Below are positions 9,240 through 18,559 of a DNA stretch of 64,000 nt, piece by piece (within the stretch, counting starts at the first letter, position 1; each line of letters starts with the position of its first letter). This DNA is from an uncultured Erythrobacter sp. (GTDB taxonomy: Bacteria; Pseudomonadota; Alphaproteobacteria; Sphingomonadales; Sphingomonadaceae). The position numbers and the translations under genes were made by a program. The stretch covers positions 523,120-587,119 of the forward strand of contig CANKYZ010000002.1 of the NCBI GenBank assembly GCA_947488325.1, written 5' to 3'. The notes beneath the pieces are model-generated. The model was not told the DNA's origin, did not search any database, and worked only from the letters and a program-made list of their open reading frames with translations.

Positions 9240-10463
9240 ATGTCCGATATTAAGAAAGTCGTCCTCGCCTATTCCGGCGGCCTCGACACCAGTGTTATCG
9301 CCAAATGGCTTTCCACCGAACGCGGGTTGGAGGTTGTCACCTTCACAGCAGATCTTGGCCAAGGCGAAGAGATCGAACCTGCGCGCGATAAAGCCCGCGC
9401 CATGGGCATTCCTGATAAACACATCTTCATAGAAGACTTGCGCGAAGAATTTGTGCGTGATTTCGTGTTCCCGATGATGCGCGCCAATGCACGATACGAA
9501 GGTGACTATCTTCTCGGCACCAGCATCGCGCGCCCACTGATTTCAAAACGACTGGTCGAAATCGCGCATGAAACGGGCGCAGACTACATCGCTCATGGCG
9601 CAACAGGCAAAGGCAATGACCAAGTTCGCTTTGAACTGTCAGCCTATGCTCTTGACCCGAATATCGCAGTGATTGCGCCTTGGCGCGAATGGGACCTGAC
9701 CTCGCGCACCGCTCTTATTGCCTGGGCAGAGGCGCACCAGATCGCCGTACCCAAAGACAAACGCGGCGAGGCTCCCTTCTCCACCGACGCAAACCTGCTG
9801 CATACATCGTCAGAAGGCAAAGTGCTGGAAGATCCGTGGCAAGAAACTCCGGACTACGTTTATTCGCGCACCAATCACCCAGAAACCGCGCCCGATGCCC
9901 CCGAGTATATCGAGATCGGCTTTGAGGGCGGCGATGGTGTGTCGCTTAACGGTGAAACGATGTCGCCTGCAACTTTGCTGACGTCACTCAACGGCCTTGG
10001 CCGCACGCATGGGATTGGGCGGCTTGATCTGGTCGAAAACCGCTTTGTCGGCATGAAGAGCCGCGGCATGTATGAGACACCGGGCGGCGAAATCTACGCT
10101 TGCGCCCATCGCGGCATTGAACAGATAACCCTCGATCTCGGCGCTGCGCATCTCAAAGATGAACTAATGCCCAAGTATGCAGAGCTGATTTATAACGGCT
10201 TTTGGTTCAGCCCCGAGCGCGAGATGTTACAGGCAGCCATCGATCTTAGTCAGGAACGTGTGACCGGGACTGTGCGGTTGAAGCTCTATAAGGGGCTAGC
10301 AAGCGTTGTGGGCCGAAAATCCCTGAACTCGCTCTATTCCGAAGCGCATGTCACATTCGAAGACGATGCTGGCGCTTATGACCAGCACGATGCCGAAGGC
10401 TTCATCAAACTGAACGCCTTGCGTCTGAAGTTGCTTGCGCAAAGGGACCGCAAGAAGGACTGA
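9240..10463 (+). CDS. argG: Argininosuccinate synthase
   Basis: [48 protein letters not shown]. Confidence 0.98.
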   Translation: MSDIKKVVLAYSGGLDTSVIAKWLSTERGLEVVTFTADLGQGEEIEPARDKARAMGIPDKHIFIEDLREEFVRDFVFPMMRANARYEGDYLLGTSIARPLISKRLVEIAHETGADYIAHGATGKGNDQVRFELSAYALDPNIAVIAPWREWDLTSRTALIAWAEAHQIAVPKDKRGEAPFSTDANLLHTSSEGKVLEDPWQETPDYVYSRTNHPETAPDAPEYIEIGFEGGDGVSLNGETMSPATLLTSLNGLGRTHGIGRLDLVENRFVGMKSRGMYETPGGEIYACAHRGIEQITLDLGAAHLKDELMPKYAELIYNGFWFSPEREMLQAAIDLSQERVTGTVRLKLYKGLASVVGRKSLNSLYSEAHVTFEDDAGAYDQHDAEGFIKLNALRLKLLAQRDRKKD

Positions 10464-10852
10464 CACACACATTCCGAGTCGTTCAACCGAGTCGGTTTGC
10501 GCGTTTCTCAATCGAGCAAATTCTGAAAAGCCAACCTTGCTGCTTTGAACTTACATCATATGGTTAGCTTGAGATGGACTCCTGCCCCTAACTACCAAAT
10601 GCGGTGGAATGTTGAGTTGTCCACCGCCATCCACAAGCGATCTGAGCAAAAGTGGATAACTCGGTCTTGCACACCTTGCGAAAGAACGAATTGAGGCTCA
10701 ATTTCAATTTGTCTTCGGAACAAGAGGACTCAGAGAAAAGGCTGCAAGGCTTTGAATCCTAGAGTTTTTCGAGTGAAGTAGATGCGTTGGTGACTGTCCA
10801 CGCGCTGTCTGAGAGACAACAAGCTGAAGGTCTAGGCCCAAAGCAAGTTGGC

Positions 10853-10880
10853 TTGATCGAGGAGAGTGCGAAGCTAAGTC
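10853..10880 (+). promoter_or_regulatory. Putative alphaproteobacterial RpoD promoter upstream of the structured RNA
   Basis: TTGATCG-N13-GCTAAGTC resembles the Caulobacter-type consensus TTGaCgS-N11-14-GCtANAWC, implying a start near 10885. Confidence 0.4.
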
Positions 10881-10883
10881 AAC

Positions 10884-11345
10884 GGGAAGGCCATGATACT
10901 GGCTGGTGATAGCTGTAGGAAAGTGTTTTCGGACATGGAACTAGAGTGCCTGACTTGCCAATCACCAGTATCGCGGTCTCGACTAAGCCATGGGGCCGTT
11001 CGAACAAGGAGGAGAGCTTAGGCTTGAGTCCAAGTGGAACGATCACAAAGCAAGGTCGGATGCCGGTGCGAGTGCCGGTGGCGAACCGCGAAACAAGGCG
11101 GTGCGGGAGAGCTAGTCTCAAAAGCACTACCGGACGCGACATAGACACTGGGCACCAAGCGCGCTGTTGGAAGAGCAAGACGGACGGTCCGCCGAAAGCC
11201 TTGCAAAACCGCAGTGACCACGCGCTGGTGAGAGTGGGGTCGGCAGCAATGCCGGCCCCATTTGCTATGGGGATCTCAGGCATAGTGAGTTTGACCAACT
11301 CAACTCGCGTATTCAGTGGCCGGACCAGCTCTTCTCACCGTTAAC
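10884..11345 (+). ncRNA. Candidate large (~460 nt) structured non-coding RNA of unknown family
   Basis: Dense nested helices found by eye: 10889-10910/10961-10978; 10981-10989/11021-11030; 11170-11176/11328-11334; 11186-11191/11321-11326; a 12-bp GCAA-tetraloop hairpin at 11234-11261. G.U pairs and purine-rich loops favour the + strand. The overlapping ORFs have no recognisable protein features. Confidence 0.6.
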
Positions 11346-11440
11346 CATCATCGCCTCACCGCAGCTTCGCCCCGCTTCACGCCGCCTTGTCCTTCTCCGA
11401 TTTGCGTGCACGCATTGGCAACGTGTATAGCGATTGCCGA

Positions 11441-12061
11441 ATGGGAAGCCTCAACAGCCTTTTGCAAGCGTCTCCTCGCGCCTTGAGCCCGCGAAGCGCA
11501 GCGCCAACTCGCGGCCGGGCGGCTACGCGCATCGCGTTGATCCTCTGCATCGCCGCAGTCCCCCTTGGTGCATCCTCTGCCCAAACCTCCCCTGCTCAAG
11601 TCACCGCGGACGCCGCCGCCCTCCCCTTTGCCGCCCATTTCGAGGGTGTAGTTGAACCGCTCGCCTCGGACCTGCGTGACGTCGATCCGCGCGCGCCCGC
11701 CACCGCCGTTGACCTCGACAGCTTCGACCCACCGATTGAGGAAGTGCCCAAGACCCAAGTCTTACGCAATCTCGGCGCTGGTGTCGCATCCTATTACGGT
11801 CGCCGCTTCCACGGCCGCCGCACCGCCAATGGAGAGCGTTTCAACATGCGCGCCATGACGGCGGCTCACAAGACGCTGCCCTTTGGCACCATGGTCCGTG
11901 TCACCAACACACGCAACGGGCGCGCCGTCACCGTGCGCATCAACGATCGCGGCCCCTTCATCCCCGGCCGGACGATTGACCTGTCGCGCGGCGCGGCTGA
12001 GCAGATCGGCTTGATCTCCACCGGCCATGCGCGGGTTGAACTTGAACTCATCGCGCCCTAG
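11441..12061 (+). CDS. rlpA: Septal ring lytic transglycosylase RlpA family (DPBB domain)
   Basis: [54 protein letters not shown]. The ATG 11441 start is uncertain; the frame is open from 11387. Confidence 0.93.
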   Translation: MGSLNSLLQASPRALSPRSAAPTRGRAATRIALILCIAAVPLGASSAQTSPAQVTADAAALPFAAHFEGVVEPLASDLRDVDPRAPATAVDLDSFDPPIEEVPKTQVLRNLGAGVASYYGRRFHGRRTANGERFNMRAMTAAHKTLPFGTMVRVTNTRNGRAVTVRINDRGPFIPGRTIDLSRGAAEQIGLISTGHARVELELIAP

Positions 12062-12856
12062 CGGGTTCACCTCCCACCAGCGCTCCTCACCAGCCTCAAA
12101 CGCCGCGAGTTGAGCGGCCTCCAACAGGTCCAAGTCATCCACGCTGCGCGCCATTGTGTGCAGAGCCTTTGCATCGTCAGGCCGAGCAGCGTCCATTGCG
12201 GCAAGCCGGCGCTCTAAACACAGGTCCATATCCGCGTGCTCGGCCTGAGACTCAACCTGAGACTTGGACCGCATGTTACACTGTCCAGGGGAAGAAACTT
12301 CATCCTCTCCAACTCCCCCGAAAATCCCCGATCCAAAACCCGGCTCCACCATGGCCAAGGCCGCATCCTCATCTCCCGCCTCCAGTGCTTCCAGCAAAGC
12401 GTCGAAATTCCCCACCACCGCCGCGACGTCCTCTTGCTCACCCAACCGATCAAGCCGCCCAAGATGCGCCAGCAGCAACCGCGTATCGTGCCGCCGCCGC
12501 ATGGCCACGACCTCACCGTGATAAAAGACCTGCTCCTCCACCCCATTCATTGCCCGCGTGGCCAGCGCATCCTCGGCCAGTTCCCGTGCGATCAGCCGCG
12601 CCGCTTGGCACGCCTGACGGAATATCGGGCACGCGCGCCGGTGGCGGTAGACGGTCTGGTGCGAGACGGACGAGGCCTTCGCCGCCGCCCGTATCTCCCC
12701 GCAATCGGCAAGCCGCCGCAGAAACGCCGCCTGCCGCTCCTGCGTGAACTGAAACTGCGCCGCATAATGCTCGCCTGCGGGCAAGGCCTCGATCAGAACG
12801 GGCAATGCCTCGGCTGCGGGGATGAACTGTGTGGGGGTGCGGGGGTGTTGAGACAC
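11762..12856 (-). CDS. Hypothetical protein with terminase-small-subunit-like HTH; true 3' end uncertain because the frame reads through antisense into rlpA
   Basis: AAAGGAA RBS before GTG 12856; [38 protein letters not shown] (HTH-like); [17 protein letters not shown]...RRHDTRLL. Confidence 0.6.
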   Translation of the reverse strand: MSQHPRTPTQFIPAAEALPVLIEALPAGEHYAAQFQFTQERQAAFLRRLADCGEIRAAAKASSVSHQTVYRHRRACPIFRQACQAARLIARELAEDALATRAMNGVEEQVFYHGEVVAMRRRHDTRLLLAHLGRLDRLGEQEDVAAVVGNFDALLEALEAGDEDAALAMVEPGFGSGIFGGVGEDEVSSPGQCNMRSKSQVESQAEHADMDLCLERRLAAMDAARPDDAKALHTMARSVDDLDLLEAAQLAAFEAGEERWWEVNPLGRDEFKFNPRMAGGDQADLLSRAARQVNRPAGDEGAAIVDAHGDGAPVACVGDTDHGAKGQRLVSRRHGAHVETLSIGGAAAVEAATVIGCDTSAEIA

Positions 12857-12877
12857 GGGGGGATTCCTTTGTTTTCC

Positions 12878-12972
12878 GCACCCCATCCGGGGCGCGATTT
12901 CCTCGCTCACACGCCCTAAAGGGCGCGTCGCTGCGGGCGACCAGTCGGCCTTGCGGACCCTTGCGGGTCCGT
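12878..12972. repeat. Palindromic REP-like element, copy A
   Basis: gcaCCCCatccGGGGcgc-GATTTCCTCG-hairpin-CTGCGGGCG-...-CCTTGCGG-hairpin; shares its core with 13270-13357. Confidence 0.7.
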
Positions 12973-13079
12973 TCTGGAATCAACCCAGTTACACAGGCTT
13001 GGGTGTGTAGGAAAATGAATGCGAGCCTAAGGCTCGCGCCACTCCAAGCCATCTGCTTGGTCCTAGTATAGTTCCACTG

Positions 13080-13180
13080 GCTGGGTGGCGGAGCTCGGCG
13101 CGAAGCGCCGCAAGCACGACCGCGCGCCGCCGCTTATGCGGCGTAGCCAAGTGAGCGGATGCGAACGCCGGCGCTTGAGG
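13080..13180. repeat. GC-rich multi-hairpin REP-like element
   Basis: Consecutive short palindromes cggcgcgaagcgccg, gccgcttatgcggc and gcggatgcgaacgccggcgc in a non-coding spacer. Confidence 0.45.
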
Positions 13181-13269
13181 CGCAGAGAAAGACGCGGGGA
13201 TTGTGGGTGCGGAGGCGGGATTACGCGGAGGGCGCGGGTGTGTGCGGAGAGGTTTAGTTTTTTGCGCGC

Positions 13270-13357
13270 GCACGCCATCAGGCGCGCGATTTCCTCGGCC
13301 TTTCAGGCCTGCGGGCGGGCGGTCGCCCTTGCGGTCCGTCCGTTGGCGGACCGGACC
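13270..13357. repeat. Palindromic REP-like element, copy B
   Basis: gcaCGCCatcaGGCGcgc-GATTTCCTCG-hairpin-CTGCGGGCG-...-CCTTGCGG-hairpin, immediately after the uvrA stop. Confidence 0.7.
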
Positions 13358-13374
13358 ATTCCTAGCCACTGGTG

Positions 13375-16302
13375 TCAGGCGGATTGTTTCTCCAACATCG
13401 CCTTCAAGTACCCGCCGGTAAAGCTCCGCTCCACTTTCGCCACTTGCTCTGGAGTGCCTTCGGCCACGACCTCGCCGCCGCGCACGCCGCCTTCTGGGCC
13501 TAGGTCCAGCACCCAGTCCGCCGTCTTAATCACATCAAGGTTGTGCTCGATCACCACGACGCTGTTCCCCTGCTCCACCAGACGGTGCAGCACTTCGAGC
13601 AGTTTGCGCACATCTTCAAAATGCAGGCCGGTCGTCGGCTCATCCAGGATATAGAGCGTCTGCCCGGTGGAGCGTTTGGCCAGCTCCTTTGCCAGCTTCA
13701 CGCGCTGCGCTTCGCCGCCGGACAGAGTGGTCGCCTGCTGCCCGACCTTGACATAGCCCAGCCCCACCTCGTTCAGCATCCGCATCTTGTCGCGGATTGG
13801 CGGCACGGCTTTGAAAAAGCCCTCCGCATCCTCAATCGTCATATCGAGCACGTCGGCGATGGACAGGCCTTTGAACTTCACCTCCAGTGTTTCCCGGTTA
13901 TAGCGTTTGCCGCTGCATTCCTCACAGGTGACATAGACATCGGGGAGGAAGTGCATCTCAATCTTGATAAGTCCGTCGCCGGTGCATTGTTCGCAGCGCC
14001 CCCCTTTGACGTTGAAGGAGAAGCGGCCCGGCTTGTATCCGCGCGCTTGGCTTTCGGGCAAGCCGGCGAACCAGTCGCGGATCTGGGTAAAGGCTCCGGT
14101 ATAGGTCGCTGGGTTGCTGCGCGGGGTGCGACCGATGGGGGATTGGTCGATCTGGATGACCTTGTCACAATATTCGAGGCCGGTAATCGCATCATGCTTA
14201 CCCGCAATAATGCGCGCTCCGTTCAGAGCCCTCGCCGCGCCTGCATGCAGAGTGTCGATGGTGAAGCTGGATTTGCCACTGCCCGATACACCGGTGATGC
14301 AGGTAAATGTACCCAGTGGGAGCGAGGCGGTGACGTCCTTCAAATTGTTCGCCTTTGCTCCCTTCACCGTCAGCTTGCGCCCATTGCCCTTGCGCCGCTT
14401 TGCCGGGACAGCGATTTCGCGCCGTCCGGTCAGGTAATCTGCGGTGAGCGAGCGTTTGGCCTTGAGTATCTGTTTGAGCGTCCCTTGCGCCACCACTTCG
14501 CCGCCGCGCACCCCTGCGCCGGGGCCGAGATCGACGATATGGTCAGCCTGCCGGATCGCGTCTTCATCATGCTCCACAACGATCACAGTGTTACCCAGAT
14601 CGCGTAGGCGTTTCAGCGTTTCCAGCAGTCGATCATTATCGCGTTGATGCAGGCCAATCGACGGTTCATCAAGAACATAGAGCACGCCCGAAAGACCACT
14701 GCCGATCTGGCTGGCGAGCCGGATGCGCTGGCTCTCCCCACCCGACAAAGTCCCACTGGTCCGGTCCAGATTGAGGTAATCCAGCCCGACATTGTCGAGG
14801 AAGCCCAGCCGTTCATTGATCTCTTTCAAAATAGCCTTGGCGATTTGCGATTGGGTGTCGGTCAGCTGATCGTCCAGCGCCAGAAACCACTTTTTCGCAT
14901 CCGACACACTCATCGTCACCGGCACAGCGATATCCGTGCCCGCAACCTTCACCGCCAATGATTTCTCATTCAGCCGCTTACCGCCGCACGTCTCGCATGG
15001 CTGAGCCGTCTGAAACTTCGACAGCTCTTCCTGCATATAGGCACTTTCGGTTTGCATCATCCGGCGGTTGAGATTGCCGATAACGCCCTCAAACGCCTTG
15101 TTCACCGTATATTGCTTACGTCCGTCCTTAAACGTCAACGCCACCGGCATTCCACCTGTGCCGTGCAGGACAATCATCTTCTGATCGGGCTCCAGATCGT
15201 GCCATGGCGTCATGATGTCGAAATCATACGCCTTTGCCAAACTGGTCAGCACCTGCATGTAATAGGGCGATGGCGGGTTTGATTTCGCCCATGGAGCAAT
15301 CGCGCCCTGTTTCAGGGTCAAGGCTTCATTCGGGACCACCAACTGTTCATCGAATAACTGTTTTTCGCCAATCCCATCGCAAGTCGGACATGCGCCTTGG
15401 GGTGAGTTAAATGAGAACAATCGCGGCTCAATTTCCTCAATTGTAAAACCGCTGACCGGACAGGCGAATTTCTCTGAAAAGACGATGCGGTTCGCCGCCA
15501 ATCCTGCGCCTTTCATTTTGTTCCCCTGGGCTCCGCCGGAGGCTCTCTCATCCTCGCGCCCCGGCACCACGCCATCGGCAAGATCGACATAGGCCAGCCC
15601 CTCGGCCAGTTTCAACGCGGTTTCGAATGAATCCGCCAGACGCGTTTGCAAATCACCATCGGGAGTGGACTTCACCGCCAGCCGGTCGACCACAACTTCG
15701 ATATCATGCTTGAACTTCTTATCGAGCGCCGGCGCCTCTTCGATCCCATACATCTCGCCGTCGATCCGCACGCGGGTAAAGCCCGACTTCTGCCATTCGG
15801 CCAGCTCTTTGCGATATTCCCCCTTGCGTCCGCGCACGACCGGCGCGAGCAGATAGAGCCGTGTGCCTTCAGGCAATTCCATCACCCGGTCGACCATTTG
15901 CGATACGGTCTGCGCACTGATTGGCTTACCCGTCGCGGGCGAATAGGGCACACCCACCCGCGCCCATAATAGCCGCATATAATCGTAGATTTCGGTGACC
16001 GTCGCGACAGTAGAGCGCGGATTGCGACTGGTGGTTTTCTGCTCGATCGAGATCGCCGGGGACAGCCCGTCAATATGCTCAACATCAGGCTTTTGCATCA
16101 TCTCAAGGAACTGACGCGCATAGGCGCTCAGGCTCTCAACATAACGCCGCTGCCCCTCCGCATAGATCGTATCAAACGCGAGGGAGGATTTGCCCGAACC
16201 CGACAGGCCCGTCACCACGATCAACGCATCACGCGGCAGATCAATATCGATACCCTTGAGATTGTGCTCACGGGCACCACGAACGCTAATTTTGGTCAGC
16301 AT
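13375..16302 (-). CDS. uvrA: Excinuclease ABC subunit A
   Basis: [17 protein letters not shown], two ABC cassettes ([24 protein letters not shown]), zinc-finger Cys pairs. Confidence 0.99.
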   Translation of the reverse strand: MLTKISVRGAREHNLKGIDIDLPRDALIVVTGLSGSGKSSLAFDTIYAEGQRRYVESLSAYARQFLEMMQKPDVEHIDGLSPAISIEQKTTSRNPRSTVATVTEIYDYMRLLWARVGVPYSPATGKPISAQTVSQMVDRVMELPEGTRLYLLAPVVRGRKGEYRKELAEWQKSGFTRVRIDGEMYGIEEAPALDKKFKHDIEVVVDRLAVKSTPDGDLQTRLADSFETALKLAEGLAYVDLADGVVPGREDERASGGAQGNKMKGAGLAANRIVFSEKFACPVSGFTIEEIEPRLFSFNSPQGACPTCDGIGEKQLFDEQLVVPNEALTLKQGAIAPWAKSNPPSPYYMQVLTSLAKAYDFDIMTPWHDLEPDQKMIVLHGTGGMPVALTFKDGRKQYTVNKAFEGVIGNLNRRMMQTESAYMQEELSKFQTAQPCETCGGKRLNEKSLAVKVAGTDIAVPVTMSVSDAKKWFLALDDQLTDTQSQIAKAILKEINERLGFLDNVGLDYLNLDRTSGTLSGGESQRIRLASQIGSGLSGVLYVLDEPSIGLHQRDNDRLLETLKRLRDLGNTVIVVEHDEDAIRQADHIVDLGPGAGVRGGEVVAQGTLKQILKAKRSLTADYLTGRREIAVPAKRRKGNGRKLTVKGAKANNLKDVTASLPLGTFTCITGVSGSGKSSFTIDTLHAGAARALNGARIIAGKHDAITGLEYCDKVIQIDQSPIGRTPRSNPATYTGAFTQIRDWFAGLPESQARGYKPGRFSFNVKGGRCEQCTGDGLIKIEMHFLPDVYVTCEECSGKRYNRETLEVKFKGLSIADVLDMTIEDAEGFFKAVPPIRDKMRMLNEVGLGYVKVGQQATTLSGGEAQRVKLAKELAKRSTGQTLYILDEPTTGLHFEDVRKLLEVLHRLVEQGNSVVVIEHNLDVIKTADWVLDLGPEGGVRGGEVVAEGTPEQVAKVERSFTGGYLKAMLEKQSA

Positions 16303-16351
16303 ACGGTAAACCTATGCTTTGGAATTTTGATAAGGCTCATACAGCGGGTTT

Positions 16352-16366
16352 GTTCCGGTAATGTTC
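16352..16366. promoter_or_regulatory. LexA (SOS) box, alphaproteobacterial type
   Basis: GTTC-cggtaat-GTTC is the GTTC-N7-GTTC consensus, 50 bp upstream of the uvrA start. Confidence 0.85.
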
Positions 16367-16554
16367 GGTTGAGTCAAGGGGCGCGGATATGCGCGGCCTC
16401 GTGTGTCCACGAAATGGTTGGCGCGGGATGAGATTGTAAGGGGTGAATGGTCGGATCAGTACAAGTCAGTCACGGCAAATTACCCTAAAGAAAAAAGTAA
16501 GTGGTTTTACTTGCCTCCATGGTGCAAGTTTGAACCGCATCCGGGGGGAAATAA

Positions 16555-18249
16555 ATGCGTGGAACTAAATTTATCGTCGCAATATTGGGCGCAACCTCAC
16601 TTGCCGGGTGCGCAGCACTGGATACAGTTCACTACGCATGGCCGGGACCGGGCGATAGCACAGTAATCACAACAGACGCGAAAACTCGTAATCTTATCAT
16701 GGTAGATCGAACGGGTCGTTATCCGCTCGAACGAAGCGGCCCGCTAGTCGAAAACGGCGATGTCAGCGTTGAGGTAAATGAGAACAATGGGTCAGAAGGA
16801 CCGGTCAACGTTACCGGATTTTCCGGAGTGGCTCAAAGCCTAGACGGCGTATCCGGACGAGACATCCGTGTCTGCGCTGAACCCGCACCCGATGTGTTCT
16901 CCGCCTTCGCTAATAGCTTCTCTTTCGGTGGGATTTTCGGGGCGACTTCAAACGACGTTCGCGGAGCCAATGCCTTCGCGTCAACTGTGTCAACAATTGA
17001 ACGAACTCAGACGATAAACTTATTGCGCGAGAGTTTTTATCGCACTTGCGAACGATATATGTCAGGGGCCATTAGCCGTAGTGAGTTTTCAGTTCTTGCT
17101 GCGCGCGATCACCGCTCAATGATTGCGGTTCTGGCGATTGAACAGCTAACCGGGGTAGTAAAACCCCCTTCTACGATCATTAGCGGCCCCGCCGTTAACT
17201 CAAGCCTTGCGCAGTCCGAAGAGCTCTTGAAGATTCTTCAAGGCTATATCACTGAACGGCAAGCAGCCGGAGCCGTGCTTGAGGCGGCTCGTGCAGAATA
17301 TACCGTCGCAAACATAGATTTTGTTCCGGCGACAACACCGCCGGCTGCGACACCACCAGTTGCAACACCGCCGGCCACACCCGGCGTGACGCCGGTTCCG
17401 CCGACCACGACAACTGTAGCGACCTTATCTCAAGCGACTCCATCAGTTCCAGCGACTGCACCAGCACCCAAGAAACTTTGTGATGAGACTACAGCACCTG
17501 ATGGCAAAGCCACCGAATTTGCCAAATGTACCGAAGCAAAGGCGAAGGTAACCGCAGCAGAAGATCTCTTTAAGAAGGCTCAAGATCGTGAAAGCTTGGT
17601 CCTTAACCAACTCAACGCACTTTCAGGTGGAATCGGAGCGGGGACGTCAGCCGGCCACAATAGCCCAGGTGGCGTATCTGGATCTGCTCGCAATGTGTCC
17701 GATGTTCAGACCGCAATTCTTGCCAGTGCTGCTGAGAACATAGCACTCACCGCTGGCATAAATGAGGCGCTTCTATTTTGCACAAGTTACTTGCGACGAG
17801 AAGCATCTGCACTTGATACGTCAACAAAATCTATGTGCCTCGACGTCGTAATGGCTAGCGCACAGCAAGATCGCGAAACGACTGAGACATTAACGGGATT
17901 GGCTCAAAACATCCTTGATGGACCACGGACTCTCCCTGAACGGTCAGAAACTCGCTTCGTAGGTGCGCAATACGAAGTGTTCAAAATTAGGTTCAGGTAT
18001 GCCTTGCAAAATACGACTCCCGATAAATGGGATGAAAAGTGGGCAGCATTCACAGCGGCAACTCCAATAGTCCCGCAGGCATGCAGCAACCTATCCTTCT
18101 GTCAGCAGTTATTTTCTGGGTCTTCGCGCGCACCTTTCTCATCCGTTTTTTTCACAAACGAAAGCAACAGAATATCTCTGCTAGCAGCTGCGTCCGTCTG
18201 GTGCCGAGGGGTAAGTGACAATTCCAATCGTGATTGTGAAGAAAACTAA
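16555..18249 (+). CDS. Large uncharacterised lipoprotein with Pro/Ala/Thr-rich linker
   Basis: 564-aa ORF; lipobox LAGC at residues 16-19; VCAEPAPDV...RTQTINLLRESFYRTCERYMSGAI block; TPPAATPPVATPPATP repeat; Cys-rich C-terminus. Confidence 0.8.
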   Translation: MRGTKFIVAILGATSLAGCAALDTVHYAWPGPGDSTVITTDAKTRNLIMVDRTGRYPLERSGPLVENGDVSVEVNENNGSEGPVNVTGFSGVAQSLDGVSGRDIRVCAEPAPDVFSAFANSFSFGGIFGATSNDVRGANAFASTVSTIERTQTINLLRESFYRTCERYMSGAISRSEFSVLAARDHRSMIAVLAIEQLTGVVKPPSTIISGPAVNSSLAQSEELLKILQGYITERQAAGAVLEAARAEYTVANIDFVPATTPPAATPPVATPPATPGVTPVPPTTTTVATLSQATPSVPATAPAPKKLCDETTAPDGKATEFAKCTEAKAKVTAAEDLFKKAQDRESLVLNQLNALSGGIGAGTSAGHNSPGGVSGSARNVSDVQTAILASAAENIALTAGINEALLFCTSYLRREASALDTSTKSMCLDVVMASAQQDRETTETLTGLAQNILDGPRTLPERSETRFVGAQYEVFKIRFRYALQNTTPDKWDEKWAAFTAATPIVPQACSNLSFCQQLFSGSSRAPFSSVFFTNESNRISLLAAASVWCRGVSDNSNRDCEEN

Positions 18250-18260
18250 GGAGAAAATAG

Positions 18261-18497
18261 ATGACGACGAAGATGTCACTTTGCCAAAGCGATGCAGATG
18301 CGAGGATCGCCGTCGATTCCTATAGAAATGTAGGCTTTAAATTCATCGCCGCAATTGGACCTCAAACTTCTATCGAAGTGTTTGGAGCAACACAAAACGC
18401 AAGATGGATCATTCTGGCTTCGGAAAGAAAAATCTCATCGGCAAGATCAAGCAATTTATCTGAAGATCTACCAGAAATTTTCACAAACACTGCCTAA
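18261..18497 (+). CDS. Small hypothetical protein (78 aa)
   Basis: Strong RBS (TAAGGAGA) 11 nt after the lipoprotein stop; ATG 18261. Confidence 0.6.
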   Translation: MTTKMSLCQSDADARIAVDSYRNVGFKFIAAIGPQTSIEVFGATQNARWIILASERKISSARSSNLSEDLPEIFTNTA

Positions 18498-18559
18498 GTA
18501 AGCATACGGAAAATTTGTTTGCTATCCCATTCGAAAAACGGCGACGAGCAACCTGCCTC

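Noticed and set aside
10600-10800. Replication origin (DnaA-box-like words plus GANTC cluster)
   Set aside because: Only one good (8/9) DnaA box, and the other words are arms of hairpins. There is no extended AT-rich unwinding element. Alphaproteobacterial origins usually lie near hemE/parAB, which are not here, and the r-protein operons would be head-on to a fork starting here.
10779-11135. RNase P RNA (fragments TAGATG..TGACTGTCCACG, AGGAAAGT and GGTGCGG.AGAGC resemble rnpB)
   Set aside because: The fragments are out of order, and the universal GAGGAAAGTCC and ACAGAACCCGGCTTA P4 motifs are absent.
10879-11344. ORFs 10879-11298 (-) and 10946-11344 (+) as proteins
   Set aside because: No recognisable domains or RBS and atypical composition; better explained as chance frames over a structured RNA.
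10981-11345. Two-piece tmRNA (GGGGCCG and GTTCGAA present) or cobalamin riboswitch (ccggtgcgagt, gggaaggc, cactg)
   Set aside because: No ANDN-type tag frame or T-arm/CCA in the correct order on either strand. The B12 words are in the wrong order, and the downstream gene is not B12-related.
12513-13369. ORFs 12513-13052 (-) and 12989-13369 (-) sharing RGNRAPDGVR
   Set aside because: The shared peptide is just the translation of the repeat element copies.
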